From NCBI GenBank assembly GCA_029556545.1, contig JAKQEQ010000084.1, positions 305 to 64,304 of the forward strand: a stretch of 64,000 nt of DNA, read 5' to 3'. Below are positions 46,979 to 55,383 of the stretch, piece after piece. Each line of letters starts with the position of its first letter. The first letter of the stretch is position 1. Made by a program: the position numbers and the translations under genes. The DNA comes from Candidatus Hydrogenedentota bacterium. Lineage in GTDB: Bacteria; Hydrogenedentota; Hydrogenedentia; Hydrogenedentales; JAGMZX01. The notes beneath the pieces are model-generated. The model ran no database searches, was not told the DNA's origin, and was given only the letters and a program-made list of their open reading frames with translations.

Positions 46979-47881
46979 TCAGATTTCCTTGCGGCGGTAG
47001 AAGAGATAGGCCAGGATGAAGCCCGACGCGGCGTATACCAGACCATAGATGATCAGTTGGGGAATCAGGTCGATGGTAGGCGGGTCGTTGGGCGGCTTGT
47101 CGAGTATCTGCATTTTCAGGTTGTATTCCTGGAGATTCGGCAGCACGCGGAACAGACTCTCCGCAAGCCCGCCCACCAGTTTCTCCACCGAGAAATGCTC
47201 CATCAGATCGCTCGGCCCCTCGAAGCCGGCCCAGCCCTTCCACCCCGAGCGCACCCCCACGTCCTTCAGGTATTCGGTGAGGCTGCCCGTGATCCAGACA
47301 AACAGGCCGCCGATGGTCGGCAACACCGCCGACGTCGCCGTGCACGAGATCGCGAACGTGAACGCGGAGACGATGAGGAACTCGAAATAGGTGAAGAAAA
47401 TGGACCACAGCAGCAAGGTCGGCATGACCCCTTGCCGGAAGTAGAGCAGGAGAAAGAACAGCGCGCCCATCAGGCCGAGATTCACCAGCACGATGAGTTG
47501 CACGCCCGCGAATTTGCCCAGGAGATACTGGAACCGCCGCACCGGCTTGGACAAGATCGTGTAGACGACCCGATTCTCCAGTTCGGTGGGCACCGCGGAT
47601 GCCGATACGAAAATGGTGATGAGGATGCCAAAGATCGAGATCGAAGTAACGCAGATATCCTTGATCAGCTTCAGGTCGATGTCCTTCTCGACGTCCCCGA
47701 CGGTCGTCGGGTTCAAGAACGCGCCCATGAAACTCGAACCGAAAATCACGAGGAGGCTCAGAATCAGAAAACCGACAAGGGTCTTCTTCCGGATGCCTTC
47801 GCGGTAGGTATACCACGCGATGGTCCAGGGGCCGCGCAGCGGCGTCAGGAGGCCGCCCGCGCTTACAGCGACGCTGCTCAT
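46979..47881 (-). CDS. ABC-2 type transporter permease
   Basis: About 6 TM segments. ATGA overlap with the upstream ATPase gene. Confidence 0.88.
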   Translation of the reverse strand: MSSVAVSAGGLLTPLRGPWTIAWYTYREGIRKKTLVGFLILSLLVIFGSSFMGAFLNPTTVGDVEKDIDLKLIKDICVTSISIFGILITIFVSASAVPTELENRVVYTILSKPVRRFQYLLGKFAGVQLIVLVNLGLMGALFFLLLYFRQGVMPTLLLWSIFFTYFEFLIVSAFTFAISCTATSAVLPTIGGLFVWITGSLTEYLKDVGVRSGWKGWAGFEGPSDLMEHFSVEKLVGGLAESLFRVLPNLQEYNLKMQILDKPPNDPPTIDLIPQLIIYGLVYAASGFILAYLFYRRKEI

Positions 47882-48828
47882 ACTGCTGCCTTTCTCGCGG
47901 CCGCCTCGGCCGCGCCCACGACGCGCACGAAGAGTTCCTCGAGCGTCTCGCGCCGGGGCGCGACGCTCACGAGTTGCAGTCCCGCCGCCTTACAGCGCGC
48001 CAGCGCGTCGTAGACGTGGGTTTCGTCAGGGACACGCAGCTTGATGCGGTCGCCCACCGTATCCTCGACGGTAATGCCGGTCCCTTCGAGTTGCGCCGCC
48101 CCCTGCTCCGTGCCCGCGACCAGGATCGAGATTTCGCGGTCCGTGAGCAGTTCGTCGATGGCGCCCTGCGTCTGAAGCACGCCATACGAGAGGATGCCGA
48201 TGCGGTTGCAGATCAACTCGACCTCGAGCAATTCATGGCTGCTGATGAGCAGCGTCTTGCCCTCGTCCCGGAGCCGCGCCAGGATGTCCCGGATTTCCTT
48301 GCGCGCGATCGGGTCCAAGCCCGTCGTGGGTTCGTCCAGGATGAGAATTTGCGGGTCGCTGATTAGCGCCTGCGCGAGGCCGATGCGCTGCCGCATCCCC
48401 TTCGAGTAGCCGCGCAGGAGCCGCTTGCGCGCGTGGGTCATGCCCACCGTATCCATGACCGCGTCAATGCGCCGTTCGAGGTCCTTTCCGCCAAGTCCGT
48501 AGAGGCGTCCGTAGAACCGGAGAACCTCTTCGCCCTTCAGGAAATCCGGGTAATACGCGCCCTCGGGCAGGTAGCCGATATTCTGCCGCACCTTCCGCGC
48601 GGTGATGTTCTTTTCGCCGAGGATTTCGATCTCGCCCGAGGTCGGAAAGATAAGCGCGAGCAGCAGCTTGATCGTCGTCGTCTTGCCCGACCCGTTCGGA
48701 CCAAGATAACCATAGATTTCGCCGCCGTGGACCACCAGGTCCAGGTCCTTCAGCGCGACGACGTCCTGGCTGCCGAAAGCGCCTTCGTAGGTCTTGCTCA
48801 GTTTCCTGGTCTCAATGATGACCGACAC
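47878..48828 (-). CDS. ABC transporter ATP-binding protein
   Basis: Walker A GPNGSGKTT, signature YSKGMRQR, Walker B ILILDEPTTGLD. GTG at 48828 (GAGAGG upstream) is preferred; the ATG at 48894 is possible. Confidence 0.88.
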   Translation of the reverse strand: MSVIIETRKLSKTYEGAFGSQDVVALKDLDLVVHGGEIYGYLGPNGSGKTTTIKLLLALIFPTSGEIEILGEKNITARKVRQNIGYLPEGAYYPDFLKGEEVLRFYGRLYGLGGKDLERRIDAVMDTVGMTHARKRLLRGYSKGMRQRIGLAQALISDPQILILDEPTTGLDPIARKEIRDILARLRDEGKTLLISSHELLEVELICNRIGILSYGVLQTQGAIDELLTDREISILVAGTEQGAAQLEGTGITVEDTVGDRIKLRVPDETHVYDALARCKAAGLQLVSVAPRRETLEELFVRVVGAAEAAARKAAV

Positions 48829-48962
48829 GGATACGCGCCTCTCGTTTCTTGCGGGATCGCGCCGGCAATCACGGGCGGGGCCCGGCGCCGTCATACCCCG
48901 AAAACCACGTCGGGCCGCGAACGGCCCGCCAATCGCCGCGATGATAACAAGGCAAGCGCGGT

Positions 48963-49991
48963 CTATTCAAAGACCGGCGGCGCCTCAGCGGCCGGTTCCG
49001 CTCCCCCAGTTTCGCGCTCCAGCCACGCGATCAGGGCATCCGCCGCCGGCATTTCGTCGTCCCAGGAATGCACAGCGGTCCCGTCGCGCACGAGAGACAG
49101 TCTCGGCGGTTCGCGACCGATGAATTTCACGAAGGTAAGGAAGTCGTTGCCCAGGTTGTAGCAAGGGAATGCCATGCCGGTCAGGATGCGGAATTCCTCG
49201 AGCGCGCCCGGCGACGGCTCGTAACACAATCCCACGAGCGGCGGCAGCACGTCCGGGCGCAGCAGGTACTCGTTGAGCGTGGGGACGCTGGCCATGCAGT
49301 GGTCGCACGTGGCGCTGAGCAGCGCCACAAGATAGGTTCCCCGCGAGAGATCGAAGCGCTCGCCGATTTCGCTCTCGATGACGTAGCGCGAGAACGGGCC
49401 GGGCGCGCGCGGCGCCGACGTTTCATCCGCGGCGGCGGTCTCATTGGTCTGCTCGGACGTGGCGGGCGATTTCTTGTACAGCTCGATGTACGAGGCGCCC
49501 AGCGCCACCCCGGCCACGGCCAGCGCCGCTGCCCACTTATCCACGATCCTCCCTGTTGTTTCGGGGGCGGGCTGCTGATGCCGGTAGCCCAACCAACTCC
49601 ACGCGACGCAGGCCATCATGACGAGATTCTTCAGGATCGAGACGCCGGGCCCCATCCGCACCTCGCCCATGCAGCCGCAGTCCTTGAGCCCGTGAAACGT
49701 CCATGCGTACAGGATGAGCCCCGTGAAGAACACAAGCATCCCCTGCGCCACGACGAGGGTCAGCAATCGCGGCCGGAGATCCAAGAACAGGGCAATGCCT
49801 AAGCCGATCTCGAGGGTTATGAAAAACAGGGCGGCGAACCCGAGAAGGTCCTTGTTCTGCAGCACGTGGTACTCGTATATCTGGACGGCGAACAGGCCTG
49901 GATGCTGCACCTTCAGCAGCGCCGCGAACACGAAGAACGCCCCGAGCAACAGTTCGACCGGCCGCGCCGTCACTTGCAGCAATCGCCTCAT
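48963..49991 (-). CDS. MauE/DoxX-like membrane domain fused to a thioredoxin-like (CxxC) domain
   Basis: N-terminal 4-TM region (LLLGAFFVFAALLKVQHPGLFAVQIYEY...). The C-terminus carries ALLSATCDHCMASVPTLNEY. The start is at MRRLLQV (49991). Confidence 0.85.
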   Translation of the reverse strand: MRRLLQVTARPVELLLGAFFVFAALLKVQHPGLFAVQIYEYHVLQNKDLLGFAALFFITLEIGLGIALFLDLRPRLLTLVVAQGMLVFFTGLILYAWTFHGLKDCGCMGEVRMGPGVSILKNLVMMACVAWSWLGYRHQQPAPETTGRIVDKWAAALAVAGVALGASYIELYKKSPATSEQTNETAAADETSAPRAPGPFSRYVIESEIGERFDLSRGTYLVALLSATCDHCMASVPTLNEYLLRPDVLPPLVGLCYEPSPGALEEFRILTGMAFPCYNLGNDFLTFVKFIGREPPRLSLVRDGTAVHSWDDEMPAADALIAWLERETGGAEPAAEAPPVFE

Positions 49992-50132
49992 ACCCCTGAC
50001 CTCTCCTGAATTCCTGTACACGGCGGTCCATGACGGGACCCACACAAAATCAACGATACAACTTCAACAATGGAGAACAAAACGCCCTCGCCGCATATTT
50101 TCGTTAACTCGCTTTTCCCGCCGACCGGGCGC

Positions 50133-51206
50133 TTAGAAGTCCCACCGGAAACCGGCCCCGACAGAGGCGCCCCATTCATCGAGGCCCGAAAGACCGGGGT
50201 CGCTGTCATAGTCCAACCGCAGGTTCAGGCGCAGCTTCAACCTGGGCATCACCGGCAACGTGAACGCCGCCTCGGATCGCGCGCGGAAGTCGCCCAGGTC
50301 CGTGAGGCTCGGGTACACGACAATGTCGCCGTCGACCGCGCCGGTCTTAAGAATCGCGCGCGAATACCGCAGGCGCAGTTGCATGCTGAGTTCCCGGTCT
50401 GTCTCTTTGCTTTCGCCGCTCGGCGCGCGGAAGTGCTCGCGGTCCTCCAACGCCGTCGCGTCCCAATCCTCATACGCGGCCCCCAACCCGGCGAAACCGT
50501 GGAGTATGCTTACGCCATTATCGAAGAGCCGGTCGTGAACGCCCAAGGTCAATTGCGCGCGCAGGTCCAGCGCCGCGCCGGTGTCACGCTCGATGTCCGC
50601 CCGCACAAAGGGCGCGGCGCGGTCCGTCCCCTCCCTGCGCCACTCGACGCCGCCCTCGACAAGGCTCGGGAAGTACCCCGGGTCGTCGCGGCCCACGAGC
50701 ACGTGGCCGCTCACGGCGCGGTCCTCGGTCGTGTGCTTGAGGTCTACCCTGCCGACGAGGTTCGTGCTCGTGCGCGAAGTGTCGCGCCATTGCAGCCCCG
50801 TCTCGACGCCCACATCGAGGTCTCCCGCGCTCACGGGCTCGGGAGGCGATTCCGCCGTCGCGGGGATCGGCATGGCCTCCGCAACTTCGGCTAGAACCAG
50901 CGGCGCGGGCGGCCCGCCATCGAGCGGAACCACCTGCTGCCCTTCCGGCGTGTTCCTGAACTTGCCGTAAAGCACCTTGTCACCCGTCAGGGTGATGACC
51001 ATGTTCGCGTCCGTGGTCAGGCCGCGCAGCGTGTCCATGGGCGCCATGACCTGCCCGGCCAAAGACGTGCGGAAAACAAGCGTCCCCTCGACGATGCGCA
51101 CGACGCTGCCCGTCAGGGTGTCCTGATCGTTCAGCTTCACGACATCCGCATCGACGATGGCCCCCGCCAGGAAGCCGGCGAATGCTATACAAAGGCTTCC
51201 GCGCAT
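50133..51206 (-). CDS. DUF481-like outer-membrane beta-barrel protein
   Basis: It has a signal peptide, alternating beta-strand patterning and a C-terminal ...GAGFRWDF. AGGAG lies 8 nt upstream of the ATG at 51206. Confidence 0.85.
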   Translation of the reverse strand: MRGSLCIAFAGFLAGAIVDADVVKLNDQDTLTGSVVRIVEGTLVFRTSLAGQVMAPMDTLRGLTTDANMVITLTGDKVLYGKFRNTPEGQQVVPLDGGPPAPLVLAEVAEAMPIPATAESPPEPVSAGDLDVGVETGLQWRDTSRTSTNLVGRVDLKHTTEDRAVSGHVLVGRDDPGYFPSLVEGGVEWRREGTDRAAPFVRADIERDTGAALDLRAQLTLGVHDRLFDNGVSILHGFAGLGAAYEDWDATALEDREHFRAPSGESKETDRELSMQLRLRYSRAILKTGAVDGDIVVYPSLTDLGDFRARSEAAFTLPVMPRLKLRLNLRLDYDSDPGLSGLDEWGASVGAGFRWDF

Positions 51207-51288
51207 CAATTACACTCCTGTACTGATCTTAATACGGAATTGGCCGGGATGCAAGGAGAAAACAGCGAAATCCGCCGCGAACCCGAGT

Positions 51289-51340
51289 GGGGACTGGCAC
51301 AAGCGACCCCGCGCTTCGCGGGGGAGACGTGCCTGTCCCC
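51289..51340. repeat. REP/MITE-like palindromic element, family A (copy 1 of 4)
   Basis: GGGGACTGGCACAAGCGACCCCGCGCTTCGCGGGGGAGACGTGCCTGTCCCC. The termini GGGGACTGGCAC / GTGCCTGTCCCC pair at 11 of 12 positions. The inner hairpin is CCCCGC-GCTTC-GCGGGG. Confidence 0.9.
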
Positions 51341-51366
51341 AAGTCCGATTACGATCGCGACCACGA

Positions 51367-52272
51367 TCAGGAGGCGGGGCGCGATCCCGTGCCGCGGCCG
51401 CCGTGCAACGGCGCTTCGCGCGATGGTTCGCGCGCGTTCGCCGAGGCCGTCAGCCCGTCGCCCGAGGCTTCCTCTTGCTCCGTCTCGGCCTTGCCCGTAA
51501 AATAGGCATAGGCGGTGTCGCACACGCCGAAGAGGACATAGGTGCCGGTGAGCGGGAACAGCACGATGGCGGGCGAGATCGTAATCGCGTAGTGGATGAT
51601 GGCCATGGCGTAGGCGACGATGCCGAGGACCATGAACGCATGCCGCGGCGCGAGAATGAACGACTTCATGCGGTCCTTCGGATAACGCACGGTGCTCACC
51701 ATCAGCCACGCCATCAACAGCGTTAACGCGCCCACCGCGTAGTAGTCGAAGTCCGACTTGATGAACCCGAAGAAGCGCAGGAAGAGCACGAACGCGGCCA
51801 CGGTTGCCCCCGCGGCGGGCGACGGTAACCCGACGAAGGACTCGCGCCGGTCCGCCTGATAGACGTTGAACCGCGCCAGTCGCAACGCGGCGCAAATGAC
51901 ATAGATGATCGCCACAAACGCGCCGGTCTTGCCGACGAATGAGCCCTCTTTCGGCGCGTGCTGCAAGTAAACCGCGAAGACGAGCACCGCCGGCGCGACG
52001 CCGAAGGATACGAGGTCGCACAGGCTGTCGAGTTGCTTGCCGAACTCGGAGACGCTGCGGGTGAGGCGGGCGACGGTCCCGTCGAGCATGTCGAAAATGA
52101 TCGCCCCCAAGATCAGGTAAGCCGCGCGCTCGTATTCGTTGCCGATGCTGGCGAAAATGCTGGCGGTGCCGAGGTAGAGGCTGAATGTGGTCATCGCGCT
52201 CGCCAGCACGTTAATCGGCCGGCGGCGTATCTTCAGCTTCCGCTTTGTCTTGCTTCGCAGGGTTCTCATCAC
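51367..52272 (-). CDS. pssA: CDP-diacylglycerol--serine O-phosphatidyltransferase
   Basis: CDP-alcohol phosphatidyltransferase motif DMLDGTVARLT...GKQLDSLCDLVSFG. The start overlaps the psd stop (GTGATG). Confidence 0.9.
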   Translation of the reverse strand: MMRTLRSKTKRKLKIRRRPINVLASAMTTFSLYLGTASIFASIGNEYERAAYLILGAIIFDMLDGTVARLTRSVSEFGKQLDSLCDLVSFGVAPAVLVFAVYLQHAPKEGSFVGKTGAFVAIIYVICAALRLARFNVYQADRRESFVGLPSPAAGATVAAFVLFLRFFGFIKSDFDYYAVGALTLLMAWLMVSTVRYPKDRMKSFILAPRHAFMVLGIVAYAMAIIHYAITISPAIVLFPLTGTYVLFGVCDTAYAYFTGKAETEQEEASGDGLTASANAREPSREAPLHGGRGTGSRPAS

Positions 52273-52916
52273 ACACGCGCCACCACGGTCAGGCCCGCGC
52301 GGACCTTCTCCCTTAGCTTAACACATATCCGCGCCTCGGGCGGCAGAAACAACTCCGTGCGCGACCCGAAACGGATCATGCCAAACTTCTCCCCTTTCGC
52401 CAGCGGCGCGCCCGGCGTTACGGAACACACAATCCGCCGCGCCACCGCGCCCGTGATCTGCCGCACCGTCATGGGCCCGGCCTCCGTGTCCAGGAAAATC
52501 GTATTGGCCTCGTTGTCGTCGCCCGCCGCGGCCTTCATCGCCAGGCGGAACTTGCCCGGCGCGTAGCGCATGTCGCGGACCATGCCGTCGTAGGGAGACC
52601 GGTTCACGTGTACGCTGAAAATAGAAAGAAAGATCGCGATGCGCTTGCAGGGCCCGTCGTAATGGGACGACGCCTCAAGCTCGTCGATGCCGACCACCGT
52701 GCCGTCCGCAGGCGACACCACCTCCCCCTCCCCCGCCGTCACCGTGCGCGGAAAATCGCGGAAGAACAGCGTCATGGCCGCGCCAAGCCCCAGCACCGCC
52801 GCGCCCGCCCACACGTAGGCCGTGGTCCACAACAACGCGGTCAATACCAGTCCCGCCGCCAGCACCGGCACGTAGAAGCGCGCGCCCTCGCGCCAACCGC
52901 TGAATGGGCACCTCAC
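52269..52916 (-). CDS. psd: Phosphatidylserine decarboxylase (short form)
   Basis: ...VHVNRSPYDG...GEKFGMIRFGSRTELFLP carries the self-cleavage G-S motif. The GTG start at 52916 overlaps the radC stop (GTGA); the longer ORF-track N-terminus is rejected. Confidence 0.88.
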   Translation of the reverse strand: MRCPFSGWREGARFYVPVLAAGLVLTALLWTTAYVWAGAAVLGLGAAMTLFFRDFPRTVTAGEGEVVSPADGTVVGIDELEASSHYDGPCKRIAIFLSIFSVHVNRSPYDGMVRDMRYAPGKFRLAMKAAAGDDNEANTIFLDTEAGPMTVRQITGAVARRIVCSVTPGAPLAKGEKFGMIRFGSRTELFLPPEARICVKLREKVRAGLTVVARV

Positions 52917-53608
52917 ATCAGGCCCCTTTCCTTCAGGCTCACGAAACGCCCGTCGCCGAAGACCACGTGGTCCAACAGCGGAATACCGAGGGTCGCGCCC
53001 GCGTCGCACAGCAGCCGCGTCAATTCGATGTCTGTGCGGCTCGGCTCGGGGTCCCCGCTCGGGTGGTTGTGGCACACGATGATCGCGCCGGCGTTCTCGC
53101 GCACCGCCTTCCGGAACACCTCCCGCGGCGCGGCGGGCGTGCCATCCAGCGCGCCGCTCGATATATCGACCACCTTCAGCACGTCATTGCGGATATTCAG
53201 CAATATCGTCTTGAAGTGCTCCGTTTCGTACTCCTTGAACTGGAGCATTAACAAGTCCGCCACGTCCCGCGCACCGCGAATGCGCGTGGCCGCCGGGCGC
53301 GTATGCACCGCCAGCCGCTTCCCCAGTTCGAGGGCCGCCTTGATTTCCACCGCCTTGACCGCACCAATCCCCTTGACCTCCCGTATCTCCTCCAGCGACG
53401 CCTGCGCCAGCGCGCGCAAGTCGCCGAAATGCCGCAGCAGACGCTCCGCAAGCGCCACCGCGCCCACCTCGCGCGTCCCCGTGCGAAAAAGCACACCGAT
53501 CAGTTCCGCGTCGCGCAACGCCTCCGCACCCAGACGCGCCAGCCGCTCGCGGGGCCGGTCCTCCTCCGGCATATCACGTACCGCGGTGGGATACACAAAC
53601 TCGCTCAT
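52913..53608 (-). CDS. radC: RadC-family JAB-domain protein
   Basis: ...MPEEDRPRERL...LRDAELIGVLFRTG... (HhH region) followed by HNHPSGDPEPSRTDIELT (JAMM motif). Confidence 0.92.
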   Translation of the reverse strand: MSEFVYPTAVRDMPEEDRPRERLARLGAEALRDAELIGVLFRTGTREVGAVALAERLLRHFGDLRALAQASLEEIREVKGIGAVKAVEIKAALELGKRLAVHTRPAATRIRGARDVADLLMLQFKEYETEHFKTILLNIRNDVLKVVDISSGALDGTPAAPREVFRKAVRENAGAIIVCHNHPSGDPEPSRTDIELTRLLCDAGATLGIPLLDHVVFGDGRFVSLKERGLM

Positions 53609-53632
53609 CTCATCCCGTCCCTCGCGCTCTTA

Positions 53633-53680
53633 CTCGTGCTCGTAATCGTACTCGTAATCGTGCTCGTAATCGTGCTCGCC
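53633..53680. repeat. Hexamer-periodic tandem repeat (NTCGTR) x8, with 12-bp super-period
   Basis: ctcgtg ctcgta atcgta ctcgta atcgtg ctcgta atcgtg ctcgcc. It lies 25-72 bp upstream of the radC ATG. Confidence 0.9.
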
Positions 53681-53782
53681 CACCTTACCAAGCCACGAGT
53701 GTAGCACAAGCGCGCGGCGCGTGTACCTGACAGCCCCCAAGCCCTTCCCCACGAAGCTCTCAAGAACGTGCAACAAGAGTCC

Positions 53783-53811
53783 TTGACAACGGGAACCACC
53801 TATGCTTAACT
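53783..53811 (+). promoter_or_regulatory. Orphan candidate promoter TTGACA-N17-TTAACT with TGn extended -10
   Basis: TTGACA at 53783-53788, TG at 53803-53804, TTAACT at 53806-53811. It points away from radC toward the REP-A hairpin and the 3' end of a convergent gene. Confidence 0.3.
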
Positions 53812-53852
53812 GGAATCAGGTAGTCACGAGGGCCGCCAAAGTATAAGCGAAC

Positions 53853-53904
53853 GGGGACAGGCACGTCTCCCCCGCGCGGCGCGGGGTCGCTTGTGCCAGT
53901 CCCC
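53853..53904. repeat. REP/MITE-like element, family A (copy 2 of 4, inverted)
   Basis: The reverse complement equals copy 1 except for 2 nt in the central loop (CCGC versus CTTC). Confidence 0.9.
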
Positions 53905-54019
53905 ATTTGCCTTGGGTCTTCTCGCTCGTGTTTTCGCGGTGGTGCGTGATGGCCGAATGAACGACGCCCGGCGCGAACATATCCGCCGCGAGCGGAGAAG
54001 AATGATTCCGACCGGTCCG

Positions 54020-54802
54020 TTACTCCCGCTCCGACGCGCCCCCGATGTTCGAGTCCGGCGCGGCATCGCCGAGTCCGCCGACGGGCAAGGGAAACAGCAT
54101 CGGGGTGCGCCGCCGGTAGGCCTCGTACACCGCCCCCAACTCGCGGGACAGGGTGCGTTCCTCGAACTGAATGCCGATGAAGATGTACGCCGTCATGCAC
54201 GCGGCGAACAACAGATGCCCATACGTCATGACCGGCGTGGCCCAGACGGCGATGAAGAAGCCGAGCATCAGCGGGTTGCGGACCAGTTGATAAAGGGACA
54301 CGACCTTCATGGGAACGGGCTTATAGGACTCGTTCTTGAAGTGCAGGAATACTTGCCGCAGCCCGAAAAGGTCGAAATGGTTGATGAGAAACGACGAATA
54401 GAACACCAGCGCCCATCCGAGAGCGAAAAGGGCGTAACACACGGCCCGGCCCGCCGTTCCCTCGACGGACCACACCACGCCGGAGATCGGCCGCCATTGC
54501 CAGAACGTAATCAACAAGATCGCGCTCGCCACGAGCACGAAGGTGCTGCGCTCGATGGGTTTCGGCACGTATTGCGTCCACCAGCGCTTGAACGCCGGGC
54601 GCGCCATGATCGTGTGCTGCACGGCAAACGCGAGAATGAGCAGCACGTTCACCGCGACGGCCTGGGCCAACGGCGCGGGCTGCCCATCGTCAATCCCCTT
54701 GGGAACCAGCACGCCGCCGAGAAAGCCGATCATGTAAAGAATCGCCGCGAAAAACGCGAGGTAGGCTACTACGCCGTAACCGATCATGAAGTACTTTTTC
54801 AC
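54020..54802 (-). CDS. ICMT/PEMT-family membrane methyltransferase (MddA-like)
   Basis: Polytopic, 260 aa. The segments ...INHFDLFGLRQV... and ...RNPLMLGFFIAVWATP...EERTLSRELG..Y..Y are typical of isoprenylcysteine carboxyl methyltransferase-like enzymes. GTG start with GAGGAG upstream. Confidence 0.88.
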   Translation of the reverse strand: MKKYFMIGYGVVAYLAFFAAILYMIGFLGGVLVPKGIDDGQPAPLAQAVAVNVLLILAFAVQHTIMARPAFKRWWTQYVPKPIERSTFVLVASAILLITFWQWRPISGVVWSVEGTAGRAVCYALFALGWALVFYSSFLINHFDLFGLRQVFLHFKNESYKPVPMKVVSLYQLVRNPLMLGFFIAVWATPVMTYGHLLFAACMTAYIFIGIQFEERTLSRELGAVYEAYRRRTPMLFPLPVGGLGDAAPDSNIGGASERE

Positions 54803-54863
54803 CGTTGCTTCTCCTCTCGCCCTGAACCATTCAAACCGCCCTGAAGTTTAGGATGCTTAACAT

Positions 54864-54892
54864 AAGTTAGCATAAATAATCCCGCCCGTCAA
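54864..54892 (-). promoter_or_regulatory. Candidate promoter TTGACG-N17-TAACTT with TGn extended -10
   Basis: The minus strand reads TTGACG ggcgggattatttaTGc TAACTT, about 60 nt upstream of the GTG at 54802. Confidence 0.45.
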
Positions 54893-55020
54893 GACCGGAA
54901 AATGCAGCCCCGAAAATGGACTTGGCGATTTGGCACAATGCGGCGGCGGGTAAGAACTGAGCGCGATTACCCCGCAATCGACTCCGAGTACGTGAATCTG
55001 TTTAGCCCGCCTTGGCGGGC

Positions 55021-55211
55021 TCTTCTTTGCACCCGCATTTATGCGGGGTGATGCGAGAACCTGGTGTAAATACAAGCGCGCTTCAGCGCGGCTTTCTTAG
55101 CGGCTTCAGCATTGCTTCCACGCTGAAGCGGCTCGCCAAGCGGCGCTGAAGCGCCCTCTTCGCGAAAGTAACAGCCTCTTACACCCCGCGTGAACGCGGG
55201 TGCAAAGAGGA
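55021..55211. repeat. Palindromic MITE-like element of about 190 bp with 30-bp imperfect terminal inverted repeats
   Basis: The left arm 55021-55050 (tcttctttgcacccgcatttatgcggggtg) matches the reverse complement of 55182-55211 at 26 of 30 positions. The core contains further GCTTCAGC/GCTGAAGC hairpins. Confidence 0.6.
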
Positions 55212-55383
55212 GCCGCGCTAAAGCGCGCTGACAAGTCGGGCACGCTCTTTGGGAAGAGACATGATGGATCATGGGCGCCTATTCGCGCGTTTCTTAGCCG
55301 GTCTCCGATTAAGTCGACAGACCTAAATGCATGCAAGCCCGCCCCGCGGCAGCGCAAACGCTTCACCCCTGTCGGCGGCAGCG

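Noticed and set aside
51287-51505. Small ORFs that share MGTGTSDPA(L/P)RGGDVPVP (51287..51505 plus strand, 53760..54200 minus strand), and the 212-aa ORF 60939..61577(-).
   Set aside because: The shared peptide is simply the translation of REP-A copies. The ORFs cross intergenic repeats and hairpins and have no coding-like composition outside them.
53633-53680. CRISPR array, considered for the short tandem repeats here and at 1-35, 26039-26074 and 39661-39714.
   Set aside because: The units are 6-12 bp and directly adjacent, with no spacers, and no cas genes are present. These are microsatellite or minisatellite-type repeats.
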